DNA from: the human T2T-CHM13v2.0 reference genome, Homo sapiens | Strand: one strand, 5' to 3' | Assembly: GCF_009914755.1 (NCBI RefSeq) | Contig: NC_060931.1 | DNA length: 64,000 nt | Shown: positions 38,627-53,289 of the stretch, piece after piece | How positions within the stretch are numbered: position 1 is the stretch's first letter | Layout of the letters: each line of letters starts with the position of its first letter | Notes under the pieces: model-generated | What the model was told of the DNA's origin: nothing | The model's input: only the letters and a program-made list of their open reading frames with translations | Databases searched by the model: none | Translations under genes and position numbers: made by a program

Positions 38627-40817
38627 CTAATGAGAAAATGAAAAAAAAAATCCATACCTTAAAATTAGTTTGAACAAGCTGCCCCACAACTCAATCTCAA
38701 CTGAACTCCCAATTTAATATTACTATGCTCATCTGGAAAGTATCGAACACACCCAAATTCATAAAGGTTAAATAAAGAAGGTAATGCCAGAAATAATAAA
38801 ATCAAACCAAGCTGGACTGAGAGAAGGTCATTAAGCTGTTGAAACCTATAAGTCCTACATAGTGTTTAAAGTAAGTGTTATATTATTATTTCAATCTCCT
38901 ATAGAGGAGACCAGAAGTAAAAGACAGGCAATTTTGTTCTGATAAATGGGGATTATATTTAATGTGCATATAAACTTTTGGCTTGTGAAGAAGGCTTTGG
39001 AAATCCCTTTAAACACTTAGAAAGCTTTTCTTTACCTCAGACCAGATACATACTGTCATGGTAACTGTTTATACTGATAAGTCGCTTAGCAAATAGGGGT
39101 TTTCATAGACTACAAAGAGAAAATCACCAACCACCTCCACATTATCACAAAGTGCAAATTAACAGGGTTGAAATTAATGAGGTTTTACTGGCAGATTGTG
39201 AAAGCCTGACTCCTTTCATAAAGTTTTATAACGAACTTGTCACCATTGTCATGCCTCCTAGGCTTCCTTGCTAATGAGTGTAGTGATTCTATTCACAGAT
39301 GTCAGCAATCCTGGGTACCTTTGTCCTTACACCTGTTTCCCACAGGGTTTCATCACATTACTTTCCATTAGTTTTAAAAATTTTTCCTCTTTATTTGTTG
39401 AGTTGCCTCTTTTTTAAAAATCCTACTTTTAGTTGAATATTGGTGCATTAAGCATGCTATTAAGTTAGTTAAGTTGGTTTTTAACAAAGTCAATTCATCA
39501 ATCGTGTATTAATATTATTCTACTGTGAAGTCTTGTTAACAAAGCTCTACATGTGTTAATTTTAAAAAAAGGTAAAAAGGTTTGGTACCAATTATGATTC
39601 ATTTTTTTCATTACAGGTTTCTGGAGTGAGATTCCACAGCAAAATACAAACATTATTTTGGGAAATGAGATACTAGAAGTTTGGGAACATATTAACAGAA
39701 TTGGACCTGAGTCACTAAAAATTCACGTATTTTAACTTGTTTAAGCAGCTATCCTCAGTCAAAATAGCTTAATGAAGCCGTAAGTGTAAAATTTGTTGAC
39801 CATCTTTCTCTCATCCACATCAGTATTCAATATTTGTCATCTATTTCTCAAAATCAGTAATTTTTCACATCACTATGTGCCTCTCCCCTGAATTTATTTC
39901 TACCAAGAGAAACAGAATCAAATATTCAGGGTGAAGTGGTTACAACTCAGAGGGATTTTAAACAGTATGTGTCTACTTTATTTACAATATTTACCTATGT
40001 ATAACATGTTGTCTGGGACAGAATTGCTTATCAAGGGGTATCAAGACAACCCAACAGCTTTAAAAATACAAATGTCTAGGCCACACCCAAGAAAAGTGAC
40101 TCTAATATACATCTTTCATCAAAAAAAATGATAAAGAAATCGTCATATATGCTTTTTGCAATTTGTGGAATGGAGACGGTTAAGACTCCCCCTCAAATTT
40201 TTGCAAAAACAACCAACAACAATTGTAATGATGAGTTTGGGTCTCCTGGCTTTGCTGGTGCAGTTCACATTTATGGGAGTGCCATATACGGGGTCACTTC
40301 CTTTCTGTTTCTCTAAAGCAAGACTAGATTGAGAAAAAAAAATAGATTATTCTTTTGTGTTCTGACAAATTCCTATGAGATGTAGAGGATTTTTCTTTCC
40401 CATAGAAGTTTTATTTATTTTTTTGTTTACAAAATCTAGCTGTCTCTGACATAAGTGTCAGACACAAAACATTAAATATCACTGTTTTCTTTCATTATTT
40501 ATCAGTCCCTGTTGAAATTCTGAACATCTCAAATATACAGGTATGTGTCTGGTAAAATGACAAGTTCCAAGCTATAGTTATGGAACACACCAGGGCAACA
40601 GCACCCTGTAGTCAATGCTTTCCCATTTCAACCATCTGAGGAGTGAACAACAGAGACAGTGGGAGAGGGTGACATACAGCGTATGCTTGAAGGACAAAGC
40701 CACCACATTTCCACTTCCTCTCCAAATGCATCATTTCAGAAGCAAATATATATGGCTGGTAATTGTTTACAAAAATGGAAAGTTGAGGAGAATAAAAAAT
40801 TGGCTAAATAAACTCAC

Positions 40818-40897
40818 CTCCTGTAGGCGGTCTATGTACATACGGCAAGTCTCCAAATCACAGTCTCCACGCACAACTAGAATACCCAGAGGTATCG
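40818..40897 (-). CDS. DGKI: DGKI coding exon, 80 nt, phase 1 to 0: (S/A)IPLGILVVRGDCDLETCRMYIDRLQE
   Basis: Acceptor ttcttccttcacccttag|CG, donor GAG|gtgagt, open frame matching DGKI. Confidence 0.96.
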
Positions 40898-43800
40898 CTA
40901 AGGGTGAAGGAAGAAGAAAAATCTAAAATAACATATTTGATTTTTCTATATCAGCATAAATGTGTTTCTCGTGGTTAAAAAACAATCTCATAAATATTAT
41001 GGGTTTTTTAGATATGTCCGTAAAAAGAAAGAAGTACTTTCTCCCTACACCTTTTTTATTATTTCAGTCTCTTCTTGTTTGCAGTTGTCACACACTTTCC
41101 TAGCATGATCCATGTTGCCCCTTGCCACCTGCCCCTCATCTCATTGTGTTTCACTGGCCCTGAGATGAAGTGAATTGTCGCAGTAACGATGGATTGGCAG
41201 AACAGGGAGGCTGCTCATGGACAGTTGATAATTATGCTTGCATTTTTTATGCTTATGCCTAAATTTATGCTTGCATTTGCAATAGACAACATGAGGATGC
41301 AGTGCCGGGGGAATTAAACATTGAGGATTCTGGACACTTACTCCTTCCTTCCTGAATGCAGACAACTTCATCTTTTTGTCTGTCTACAACAGTTTCCTAT
41401 TTATGAGACTTGAGCTACTCAAGGCACTGTTGCTACCTGGTGGCCAATATCAGAACTAAAGGCATAAAATGTTAGAAAGAAAAGAACAAAAAACAGCTTC
41501 TAGAAGAGGCAAAGCTTAAAAAATCCAACTAATTTTAAGGATGGCCAATGTAAGAGTGGTAACAGTAGGACCTCAGAAAACAATAAGACAAGACTAAGTT
41601 ATGCACCTTATAAAATATCCTACTTAGGTAGTGTCAAACACACACAGTGGCTTTAGTGTATAGAACCTACTTCAGATAGAATCACAAGAGTCCTGAAATA
41701 CTGAAAAATAGTCTTCTTTCCAAAACTTAAAAAAAAATCTACAAATTTCTCATTTTAAAAGTACAATTACACGATTAAATCCATGATCTAACATAAAACC
41801 TTCAAAATTTTGAATTAACCAACTGGTAAGTAGCAAGCAAATGATAAGACAGTGGTGTTCTCTAAGAATTTTTTACAATCGTTCACTCATTGAGTGTATA
41901 TTTAAAGCCATCATCCATAAATCTGTCTGAAAATACAAAGTACTAGGGCCTTAAAAATTCATAATACACAGAAGAAGATTTAAAATGCATAAAAAACCTT
42001 GAAGAATCTCCACGTAGTAGAGAAGGCATATATATAAACAAAAAAATGATAAGTATAACACAGGCCGTATTAAATGTATTAACTTAGTCATTTGAAAACT
42101 ATAGGAAAGAGGGGCTAATTCTTGCCTGGGTGAAGGGGTAGATTTTAGGCTCTCTGAAGAACATGAAGCCTCACTTGACGTTTTAGCTAGAGGAGTAAAG
42201 GTGGTCTAGAGAAAAAGAAATAGAGTTTGTATCTCAATGTTACCTCCTAGATTGGTTTCTGCTAGGGAGACCTAATCAATCCCACCACCCCATTCCCTTA
42301 TGTTTCTAAAGTCCTGCATACATAAATCTTTAAGGCATCCATGATTTTGTGGAACTATGGAAGCCTGTGAGTGAGTGTGGATTGTTTACCTTCACTTCCC
42401 CAATGCCTAGTAAAGAAATGGTAGATATTCAATAAATGAGTATAAAAAGAGGGAGGAAGATGGGCTTAACGACTGTTTGGATGCAAAAGAGAAAGTCTGT
42501 CTTTCAGGTGCAAGTCACCTGTCCAGGGTAGACAAGAAACAAGGTAAGCAAAAGACAGTCAGTAGAGGATAAGGAGCACTTGTAACTGTCATATCTTTGG
42601 GGGAGTAATAATCATTCTAAAAGAATATTTCTCCTCCTTTTAAAAGATAAACAGAAACATCAAAAAGTTTTCAGCATGGCAATCATGCATCTTTGCAGGA
42701 AATGGAAGGGAAATTCAATAAGGAGATCTCCTAAAAATAGTGATTAGAGTAATCATCTTCAGCTAGACCTACTATAAAGATGGAAATAAGTTGATCCACC
42801 AAGATAAGAGCAGAATAGAATTTCTAATATTTGAGGAATGATGAGGAAAAGTTGGAATTTTGACATAGATAATAAATCTGGAAGTGGAATATAGCTATAA
42901 TTAACATAAGCATCCACATTGGAATCTTGCTTAATATTTCCTTTTAATATTAAATGTGCAAAAATAGAAAATAGATTTTAATCAATGTTTATCCATTTAC
43001 TTAAGTTAGGAGATATATTTTATACATACGCAGGAATCCCATCAACACCTCTGATTTCCTTCTATTATCAGTGTTTGGAGTTAATCTGGTCCAAGTATAA
43101 ATTCAATGTACTTCATAGCAGACATTTTAAACTACAATTAGAGATTGTATATTCAAGATATGGAATCAAGAGGAATAGCTAAAAAGAAGTTTTCAAACAT
43201 GTGTCATTCATCTCTAATATGGGTATAAAATCAACAACTTTGCCTGTTCTTCAAGGAGCAAAGTAAGAGTAACTGCTTTTGATTGAGCAATACTTAGCTG
43301 TTAATTGCGAGGAGAAAAGAAAGAAAAAAGGGCATTCTCTACCACAATTTTATAACACGATTACCAACAACTGTCAAATTTATTCCAAGAAGGTGGCAAT
43401 ATGCAGTAGAAAGGATTTGCAGTCATCCACTGCTGGGTTTAAATCCCAGTATTGCTTTGGTCTTGCAAATTACTCAACTTAGCTACTTAGTCAATTCTTC
43501 TGAGCCTTGGTTTAAAGACTACGGTGTTTAGAATAGATGTCATACAGGATTTTTGTAAAGACTCAATACAACACTATATTTAAAAATAAATTATCAAAAC
43601 ATCAATTTTTATTCTCCCTTACTCTTTTCACTATCTTTTGAGCATCTTTAGCCAGAAAACAGACATACCCAATCATCTATCTTTTAATTTAGCATAGTAC
43701 TACAAGGATTAGCTAGCAGTAGTTTCGTAAGTTATATGCCAGTTTTCTAAAAACTAACTTCTACTCTTCCTGCCATGTAAAAAAACAACGTAGTAGAAAA

Positions 43801-45483
43801 ATATTGTAATCTGACACTTCCATTTGGGCCTTTACATGGCGAAGAAAAAGCAGAAACTTTTCAAAAATTACCACCTTCCTTCTACACTATGGTTAACCAA
43901 CTGCCAAGCTTCCTTGACATTTCCTCTATTTTACTTAGGAGTAGTGAGAGCACTTATCACCTGAGCACCAGTGTCACTATCCCTGAGCTCAACAATTCAT
44001 CTTATTTTGGTAGCAGAGACTTTGTTTAAGTCCAGGAAGCATGAGTTAATACTCAACCTTCACAATGGAACTTTTATTGCAGGGATTAAATGGAATTCAC
44101 AAGTTCTAACTAAGTGAAAAGAACAAGCTGTGTTCCAGAATAAGATGGCATATTTCATGCACATATTAATCTCTCACCAGAAATACTACTAACCTACAAT
44201 AAATAGATTTTTAAAAGAAATCAACAAAAATAAGGATAAAATAACAGATGAAGTAGATGAAAAATTGGCAACTGACTCAGAGCCCTTAGAGAGTCAAATC
44301 CTAAACCACTAGTGGGTATAGACATGAACCAAAATAATTTCTACTGCAAAACCCTCAAAAGGCTTGCAAACTGGCAGTACCGGGTGCCTCAGGAGCTGAG
44401 GTTAAAGGAGGTGGTTAAGATAGAAGCACTGGATGTTAGATCACCAGATATCCACCACCCATTGTGGAAAGGCACAGTTACCTTACAGAAAATGAAGATT
44501 AATTGATCATCTGAAGACTGCAGTGATCCCCAGTTTTCTTCCCACCCTGAATTCCCCAAAAGCTGGCAGCCAGAACCTTACTTTCTAGGAAAAACATTGG
44601 AAAACTCATCTCAATGGAATCTGACAAAACCATGAGGAAATATATTAACATGAGAACAGGCCCACTACCAACATTTATAAGGCTCAAGGCAAGAACATAA
44701 AGACCTGCATTCCATATTTCTAGATATTTATAAGTTTAATGTTAATCCCCAAAACTGTTAAATGAAATATGTTCTATCTTCCTATCCTGATAAATATTCC
44801 TTTGTAGTTACCTAAATGAGATGCTGAAACTCATAATTCTTGTACTCCAAGGAGTATTAGAACAAAACATAGTGCTTGTGGTCCATAGTTAGACCTCCTT
44901 CTCTTTCCACTCCATGGATGTTCAAAACATGAAAGAACTTGTGCTTATGTATACAGATACTACAGACCACATCCCCAAACTTTCTCCAAAGCCCATGCAA
45001 ACTGCTGCCCCAAAGGGCCTTCCTTAGTCCTATGCCCACTCTACATGACTCCTGTGAGACTAGACCAGAAGAAGAGGCCTACGCAGATCCTAGAAGCAGG
45101 TCTGGAGCTGTTGGGGCAGGAATTCTAAGAATCCAAAGCACAGTCTAGAAAAGGGTAGAGAAATCCCTAGATGAGCCCTTTTCCTTAGCACTTTAGACAA
45201 ATCATCCCATGAAGCAGGGCAAAGCCAGAAATGGGACATATCTAGGACATCGAAAGCTGAAGCACCTCTTCCATAGGTCTAAAGACAGCACTGATTCATC
45301 ATTCCCAAGAAACAGTTCACTCAGTTCCCCCACATCGAAGCTTGAAGTCAATAAGCTTTATGCATGAGCTCAGAACTTCCAGGCAGCTTTTATGTTTCCC
45401 ACTTTTAATAATGAAGAGAAAGGCAAAAGTGATCAGAAAATTGAGAAATTTTTCTAATGCAGAAGCCAAAGATCAAAATAAAC

Positions 45484-48400
45484 AGGATCCTCCAGGCAAG
45501 ATAGCTGAACAGACACAGCCAGAAGGAACATCTGCCATCGAGAGACCAGGACATCAGGAAGACTGGCACACTCTAAGCAGATCTTCAGAAGGAAGGTATT
45601 GAGAATGGCTAGAGAAAGGACACAGATGCTGGGTTTAAGGGGGAGGAAGCTGGAAACCCTGCAGGGGCTACCATTCATCAGTTCCTGGCCCTCAGTAACC
45701 CCTGGGGTAGTGGTGAGTTGAGCAGGGAAGGAATGACATACTCTCACCATGGACTTATAGAATCCTGGCAGGAGGAGACCACAAGACCCCCACAGAAACT
45801 TAAGCTGGAAGGGATAGTTGCTTAGAGAGGTGGTAAGGGCAGGGCTCCAGCCAGTGTGGAGCCCAGAGGGTTTGGTGCAGCAATGTCCACAGTGAAGCAT
45901 GACCAGGGATACCCATCCCCAAGGCGTCCCATGCTCCCCTAGGAAACTTTAGCCTTAGGCAAACTGTCAGACCTGAACAGAGCAGGGCCAGTCTGACCTG
46001 AGTGACCCCTGTATGCTGGCATCTCCTGCTTGCAGTGCAGCCGCAGATGCCTAACTGGGGTGTCTCCCAGGGACATGCATAATAGCTCCTGCGCTGGCTG
46101 ACTGTGCCTGACAATCAAATAGCTCCAGCCCAGTGGCCTCTGCCAAGGCACATCAGCCCACCCGCACCCTCCCACCACTGCAGCATCCTCTGTACCACTT
46201 TGCTGGCATGCACTCATCCAAGGCCACCCCCATACCATTTTGCCAGTGTGTGTGTGCCAGCAGACCTTGCCTACCCTTCCCTGCTGGGACGTATCTACGA
46301 CCCACTGTGCCACTGCTGCCAGCATGAGCGCAACCTGCCCCCATCCACCCAGCTGTACCACCACTGTTAGCACCAGTACTCAAATGAAGATCAGTAGCCC
46401 CACTCCCTGCCCTATGTTGCCATTGCCTCCAGTGTGAATGCACACATGGAGACCACCAGCCCCACACCCGCCAGTGCCCCATCGCACCCACTATTACTGC
46501 CACTTGCAAATGCCTGTATGGAGGCTGGAAGCCCCTGGCTCACCAGGGCCCCACTCCAGCTGATGAGCATGCATGTCATCACACTGCTGTTGCTTCTGGC
46601 ATGTACAAATGAGCACAGATCTTACTTCCACCACCCAGTGAAGCTCTTTGGCTGTCACTGCCCATCAAGGCAACAGGTTCCTAACCCTGAGGAGCCAGAG
46701 ATGAAAGCAGGGGGCCCAAAATGAGCCCACCAGAGTTAAAGCACACAGCTCAGGAGTGTTGAGCTGAGCATTGGCCCCCTAAAATATTCCAGAAATGAAG
46801 CCAGTTGACCAAACCCACCTTATACCATAATCAAACACCCAACAACACCAAAGAAAATGAAAGCAAACAAAAACCAAAAAAACATCTAAAAGATAGCAAC
46901 TTCAAAGACTGAAGGAAAATCAGCCCACAAAGATGAAAAAGAACCAGCGCGAGAACTCTGGCAACTCAAAAAGCCAGAGAGTCTTCTTACCTCCAAATGA
47001 CTGCACTAGTTCCCCAGCAATGGTTCTTAACCAGTCTGAAATAGCTGAAATGACAGAAATAGAATCAGAATATGGACAGGAATGAAGATCATCGAGATTC
47101 AGGAGAAAGTTAACACCCAATCCAAAAATTCTAAAGAATACAATAAAATGATACAGCAGATGAAAGATGAAATGACCATTTTAAGAAATAACTAAATTGA
47201 GATGCTAGAGCTAAAAAACTCAAGAATTTCAGAATACAACTGCAAGTTATTAACAGCAGAATTGACCAGCTGAGGAATCTCAGAGCATGAAGACCAGTCC
47301 TCCAGAATAACTCAGACAAATATGAAGCAAAAAAAAATGAAGAAGAATGAACAAAATGTCTGAGAAATATGGGATTATTTAAAGAGACCAAGTCTATGAC
47401 TTATCAGCATCCCTGAAAGAGAAAAAGAGAAAGCAAGCAACTTGGAAAACACATTTCAGGACACCATCCATGAAAATTTCCCCAACCTTGGTAGAGAGGC
47501 CAACATTCAAATTCAGGAAATGAAGAGAAACCCTGTGAAATATTACACAAGAAGATCATCACCAAGACACACAGTCATCAGATTCTCCAAGGAAAAAATG
47601 AAAGGAAGAAAGTTTAAGGAAGCTAGAAAGAAGGGGCAGGTCACCTACAAAGGAAACCCCATCAGGCTAACAGCTGACCTTAGAACAGAAACCCTACAAG
47701 ACAGAAGAGATTAGGGGCCTATATTCAGCATTCTTAAAGAAAAGAATTTCAAACCAAGAATTCTATATTTAGCCAAACTACACTTCAAAAGCAAAGGAGA
47801 AATAAGATCCTTTTCAGAGAAGCAAATGCTAAGAGAATTCATTACCACCAGACCCGCCTTATAAGAGGTCCTGAAGGGAGTGCTAAATATGGAAAGGAAA
47901 GGTCATTACTGGCCACTACAAAAACATGCCTAAATACACAGACCAGTGATACTATAAAGCAATCACACAAACAAATCTGCACAGTAATGAGCTAACAACA
48001 CAATGACAGGATCAAATCCACACATATTAATGCTAACTTTGAATGTAAATGTGTTAAATGCCCCATTTCAAAGGCACAGAATGGCAAGTTAGATAATGAC
48101 ACAAGACCCAATGGTATGCTGTCTTCAAGAGACCCAGGTCACATGCGATGACACACAAAACATCTACCAAGCAGATAGAAAACAGAAAAAAGCAGGGGTT
48201 GCTACCATAATTTCAGACAAAATAGACTTTAAACCATCACAGATCAAAAAAGACAAAGAACAACATTACATAATGGTAGAAAAACAGAGAGAAGATCCAA
48301 ATAAACACAATCAGAAGTGACACTTCTGACCCCACAGAAATATAAAACACCCTTAAAGACTACTATGAATACCTCTCTGCACACAAGCTAGAAAAACAGG

Positions 48401-51175
48401 AAAAAGTTGGTAAATTTCTGGAAATACACATCCTCCCAAGATTGAACCGGGAAGAAATTAAGTCCTTGAATAGTCCAATAATGAGTTCCAAAACAGAATC
48501 AGTAATAAAAAGCCTACCAACCAGAAAAAGCCCAGGGCTAGACAAATTCACAGCCAAATTCTAGCAGATGTATAAGGAAGAGCTGGTATGATTCCTACTG
48601 AAACTATTTAACAAAAAAAAAAAAAGAAAGAAAACTCTGAGGAGGAGAGGCTCATTCCTAACTCACTCGGTGAGGCCAGCACCATCCTGATACCAAAACC
48701 TGGCAGAGACAAAAAAAAAAAAAAAAAAAAAAAAAAATCCTTCTTTAACATAAATGCAAAAATCCTCAGCAAAATACTAGCAAACCAAATCCAGCAACAC
48801 ATCAGAAAGCTAATCTACCATGGTCAAGTAGGCTTTATCCCTGCGATGCAAGGTGGTTCAACATACACGAATCAATAAATGTGATACATCATATAAATAG
48901 AACTAAAGACCAAAACTACATGATCATCTCAACAGATGTAGAAAGGGCTTTTGACAAAATTCAACATCCCTTCATGTTAAAAACCCTCAACAAACTAAGC
49001 ACTGAAGGAACATGCTTCAAAATAATAAGAGTCATCTATGATAAACCCATAAGCCAACATCATACTGAATGGGTAAAATCTGGAAGCATTCCCCTTAAAA
49101 ATCAGAACAAGACAAAGATGCTCACTCTCACCACTTCTATTCAACATAGTACTGGAAGTTGTAGCCACAGCAATCAGGCAAGAGAAAGAAATAAAAGGCA
49201 CCCAAATAGGAAGAGAGGAAATCAAACTATCTGTTTGCAGACAATAAGATTCTATACATAAAGAACCCTAGAGTCTCTGCCCAAAATCTCCTTTTTCTGA
49301 TAAACAACTTCAGTAAAGTTTCAGGATACAAAATAAATGTACAAAAAATCAGTAGCATTCCTATACACCAACAACATCCAAACTGAGAACAAAATAAAAA
49401 ACACAATCCTATTCACAATAGCCACAAACAAAATAAAATACCTAGGAATACAGCTAACCAGGGAGATGAAAGATCTCTATAATGACAATTACAAAACACT
49501 GCTCAAAGAAATTAGAGATGACACAAACAAATAGAAAAACATTCCATGCTCATGGATAGGAAGAATCAATATCACCAAAATGGCCATACCTCCCAAAGCA
49601 ATTTACAGACTCAATGCTGTTCCTATCAAACTACCAATGATATTCTTCACAGAATTAGAACAAACTATTTTAAAAATCATATGAACCAAAAAAATCCCAA
49701 ATAGCCAAGGAAATAATAATAATAAAAAAAAAGCTGGAGGCATCACAATACTCAAAACTATACTACAAGGCTACAGTAACCAAAACAACATGATACTGGT
49801 ACAAAAACAGACACAGACAAATCAAACAGAATAGAGAGTGCAGAAATAGTGCCACACACCTACAACCATATGATCTTCAACAAAGTCGATAAAAACAAGT
49901 AATGGGAAGAGGACTCCCTATTCAATAAATGGTGCTGGAATAACCGACTAGTCATATGCAGAGACTGAAACTGACCCCTCCCTTATACTATATACAAAAA
50001 TCATCTCAATATGGATTAAAGACTTAAATGTAAAACCTAGACCTATAAAAACCCTGAATGATAACCTAGGAAATATCATTCTGGACATAAGACTTGGCAA
50101 AGTTTTCATGACAAAGATACCAAATGCCATTGCAACAACAACAAAAACAACAAAAACTGACAAATAAGACCTAATTAAACTGAAGAGCTTCTGCACAGCA
50201 AGAGAAACTATCAACAGAATAAACAGACAACCTACAGAATGGAAGAAAATATTTGCAAATAATGCATCTGACAAACGTGTAATATCCAGCACCTATAAAG
50301 AACTTAAACAAATTTACAAAAAAAAAAAAAGTGGGCAAAAGACATGAACAGACATATTTCAAAAGAAGACATATATCCGGCAATCAATCATAGAAAAAAA
50401 AGTTCAACATCACTGATCATTAGAGAAATGCAAGTCAAAACCACAATGAGATGCCATCTCACACCAGTCAAATCGCTATTATTAAAAAGTCAAAACATGA
50501 CAGATGCTGATGAGGTTGTGGAGAAAACGGAGTGCTTATACACTGCTAATGGGAATGTAAATTATTGCAGCCATTGTGGAAAGCAGTTTGGCAATTACTC
50601 TAAGAACTCAAACAGAATTAGCACTTGACCCAGCAATCTCACTATTGGGTATATACCTAAAGGAACATAAATCACTCTAACATAAAGACACATGCACGTG
50701 TATGTTCACTGTAGCACTAGTCACAATAGCAAAGACATGGAATCAATCTAAATGCCCATCAAGGGTAGAGAGGATAAAGAAAATGTGGGACATATACACC
50801 ATGCAATACTACATAGCCATTAAAAAAAAATGCGATCATGTCCTTTGCAGCAACATGGATGGAGCTGGAGGCCATTACCCTCAGCGAACTAATTCAGGAA
50901 CAGAAATCTATTTAATAAGTATCACATATTCTCACTTATAAGTAGGACACAAATATTCCCCACCTTTGTGTACCCATGGACACAAAGAAGGGAACACTAG
51001 ACACCAGGGCCTCCTTGATGGTAGAGAGAAGGAACGTGACAATCAAAAAATTGCCTATCTGGTACTATGCTTACTACTTAGGTGGTGAAATAATCTGCAC
51101 ACTAAACACCTGTGACACAAAATTTACCTGTATAATAAACCTGCACATATACCCCTGAATCTAAAAGTTTTTTTA
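45484..51175 (+). mobile_element. Near full-length L1PA15/16-like LINE (5'UTR, ORF1, deleted ORF2, 3'UTR), antisense to DGKI, nested in an older L1M
   Basis: ORF1 remnant ENFPNLGREANIQIQE...GQVTYKGNPIRLTADL, endonuclease/RT remnants, 3'UTR ggtactatgcttactac...aaacctgcacatatacccctgaa; many stops and frameshifts. Confidence 0.92.
46991..47044 (-). CDS. DGKI: L1-derived alternative DGKI cassette exon, 54 nt, phase 1 to 1: ISDWLRTIAGELVQSFG
   Basis: Acceptor ctatttctgtcatttcag|CT, donor GAG|gtaaga; 3n and stop-free in the phase needed before exon 40897; peptide recalled from a human DGKI protein sequence; lies antisense in L1 ORF1. Confidence 0.82.
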
Positions 51176-51189
51176 AAAATAGAAAATGA

Positions 51190-51950
51190 ACTTGCGCAAA
51201 GAAAAACACTTTAAACATGATATCTTTAATATCCTCAGGGAGTTGAGAGAAAATGGAATGGAAATTTCCAAGAAATGGAAAAATTATAATATTAAATGAT
51301 ACAAAGAATATGAAGGAAAACAAAGAGGAACCTCATTCAGAGAATAAAAGAGTACAAAACCCTTTGAAAATAAAAATTTGATAAAATAAATAGAGACCTC
51401 ATTAGAAAAGTTAAAAGATAAAGTTGAGAAAATCTCTAAAAAAGTAGAGCAAAAATAAAAAGAGATAGAAAGTAGGAGAGAAAAACTAAAAAAATTAGAA
51501 ACCTAGTCCAGGAGGTCCCAATAAGAGGAGTTTCAAAAAACATCCCCATAATACGAGTCTCAAAAAACAAAAGAAAATAGAGAATAAATATAAAAAACAA
51601 AATGAAGAATATTTCCTAAAACATTAGTTTCCAAACTGAAATGATTCATCAAATGCCAAGCACAATAACTACAGAACAATATAACATCATCTTGTTTTGA
51701 AATTGAAGAGTACTGGGGACAAAAGGAAGAATCTACAAGCTTATAGAAAGGAAAAACCAGATTATATACAAAGGATTAAAATTTGGAATGTTTTTGAACT
51801 TCTCAAAGGCAACCATACAGTAAGGAAGACAATGAAACAAGACCTTCAAAGTTCTAAGACTTTTACAGATAACCCAAACAATCAAACAAGTGCAAGAGTT
51901 GAATGAAGGACCCATGATCTGTCAAGAAGCTACTGGGTTATCTGCCCCAA
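51190..51950 (+). mobile_element. Old L1M ORF1 remnant (host of the L1PA; probably continuous with 44100-45470)
   Basis: A-rich degenerate ORF1-like sequence (aaagttgagaaaatctct...ccaggaggtcccaataagaggagttt). Confidence 0.55.
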
Positions 51951-52540
51951 TAAAGTTGAATTTGCAATACGAATGAGTGTTATATAAAATATATTGACAC
52001 TATATTACCCCCTGACATGCTCTGCCTGAACCTATTCCTGACAGCAAGAGTTGGATCATAGTGAAGCAGAAAAATTCAAAGAAGCCTATTCCCTGTGATA
52101 ATATATTCATTTGATAGCTAGAACTCAACTTAACACCTGCCAAGGACTGCCCAGGAGTCAGTCATTACCTTGCCCACTAAGTTCTCTTAGAATGAGTCCG
52201 TGTGCACTCTCAGAAAAACTGAAGCTCAACAATGAACTAGAGACTCTTTTCAGCTTTCTTGGGAAACTTAAGCTAAAAGTGAAAGCATCACCTTTTCTTT
52301 ACACAGGGGGATTTAGATCTGCTACTTAGTTTTTTCAAAACCACTCAATATCTGGTTTAGGGATGCATACGTTGGTGGTAAATATATACCTATCAAGAGA
52401 ATGGCAAATACAACGAGTAAAGTAGTTATCCCAGTAGAACAGTGAGGGGTGGTACTTGTTCTATTTCTTAGTCTAAGTGGCAGGTACACCGGTGCCTATT
52501 TTACTACTAATATTTAAACCTCTGTATTGTATATACGCAC

Positions 52541-53102
52541 TGTGATGATTAATTTTATGTGTCAACTTGACTTGGCTAAGGGACACTCAGATAGCTGGTA
52601 AAACACAATTTCTGGCTGTGTCTGTGAGAGTGTTTCCAGAAGAGATTAGCATTTGTATCAGTGGAGTGAGTAAAGAAGACCCACCCTTGTCAATGTGGGC
52701 AAGTGTCATCGTGTCATCCAATCTGCTTGGGGCCTGGATAGAACAAAAAGGTGGAATAAAAGTGAATTCTTTCTTCTTGAGTTTGGACATCCATCTTCTC
52801 CTGCCCTTTGACATCATGGCTCCTGGTTCTCTTTCCAGGACTTACACCAGTGATACCCACTCCTGCACTCCAGTTATCAGGCTCTCAGACTGGAAGATAT
52901 ACCACCAGCTCCCCTGGTTCTCAGGTCTTTGGGCTTGCACTGATTTACACCACTGGCTTTCCTGGTCCTCCAACTTTCAGATGGTATCCTGTGGGACTTC
53001 TTGGCCACTATAATTGCATGAGCCAATTCCCATAATAGATGTCCTGTTACATATCTACATATCCAGTTGGTTCTATTTCTCTAGAGAACCTGGACTAACA
53101 CA
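52541..53102 (+). mobile_element. MLT2 (ERVL) solo LTR
   Basis: tgtgatgattaattttatgtgtcaacttgact...tctctagagaacctggactaacaca. Confidence 0.9.
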
Positions 53103-53104
53103 CA

Positions 53105-53289
53105 CAAATTTGAGGATATAGCAAGAAGGCAGCCGTCTGTAAGCAAGAAAGAGAGCCCACACCAGACCCAACCATGCCGGCATCCTGAGCTTGGACTTCC
53201 TGCCTCCAGATCTTTTAGAAATAAATGTCTGTTATTTAAGCCATCCAATGTATAGTATTTTGTTACGGCAGCCAGAGCAGACTAAAACA
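53105..53289 (+). mobile_element. MLT1A/B LTR 3' half
   Basis: gcaagaaggcagccgtctg...ttggacttcctgcctccaga...aataaatgtctgttatttaagcca. Confidence 0.8.

Noticed and set aside
37598-41268. Perfect 15-bp inverted repeat (ataaatttaggcata) flanking two exons
   Set aside because: Several such AT-rich 15-mer matches are expected by chance in 64 kb
47442-51158. ORFs with L1 ORF1, endonuclease and RT similarity
   Set aside because: Fragments of a dead L1 with many stops, frameshifts and a large deletion
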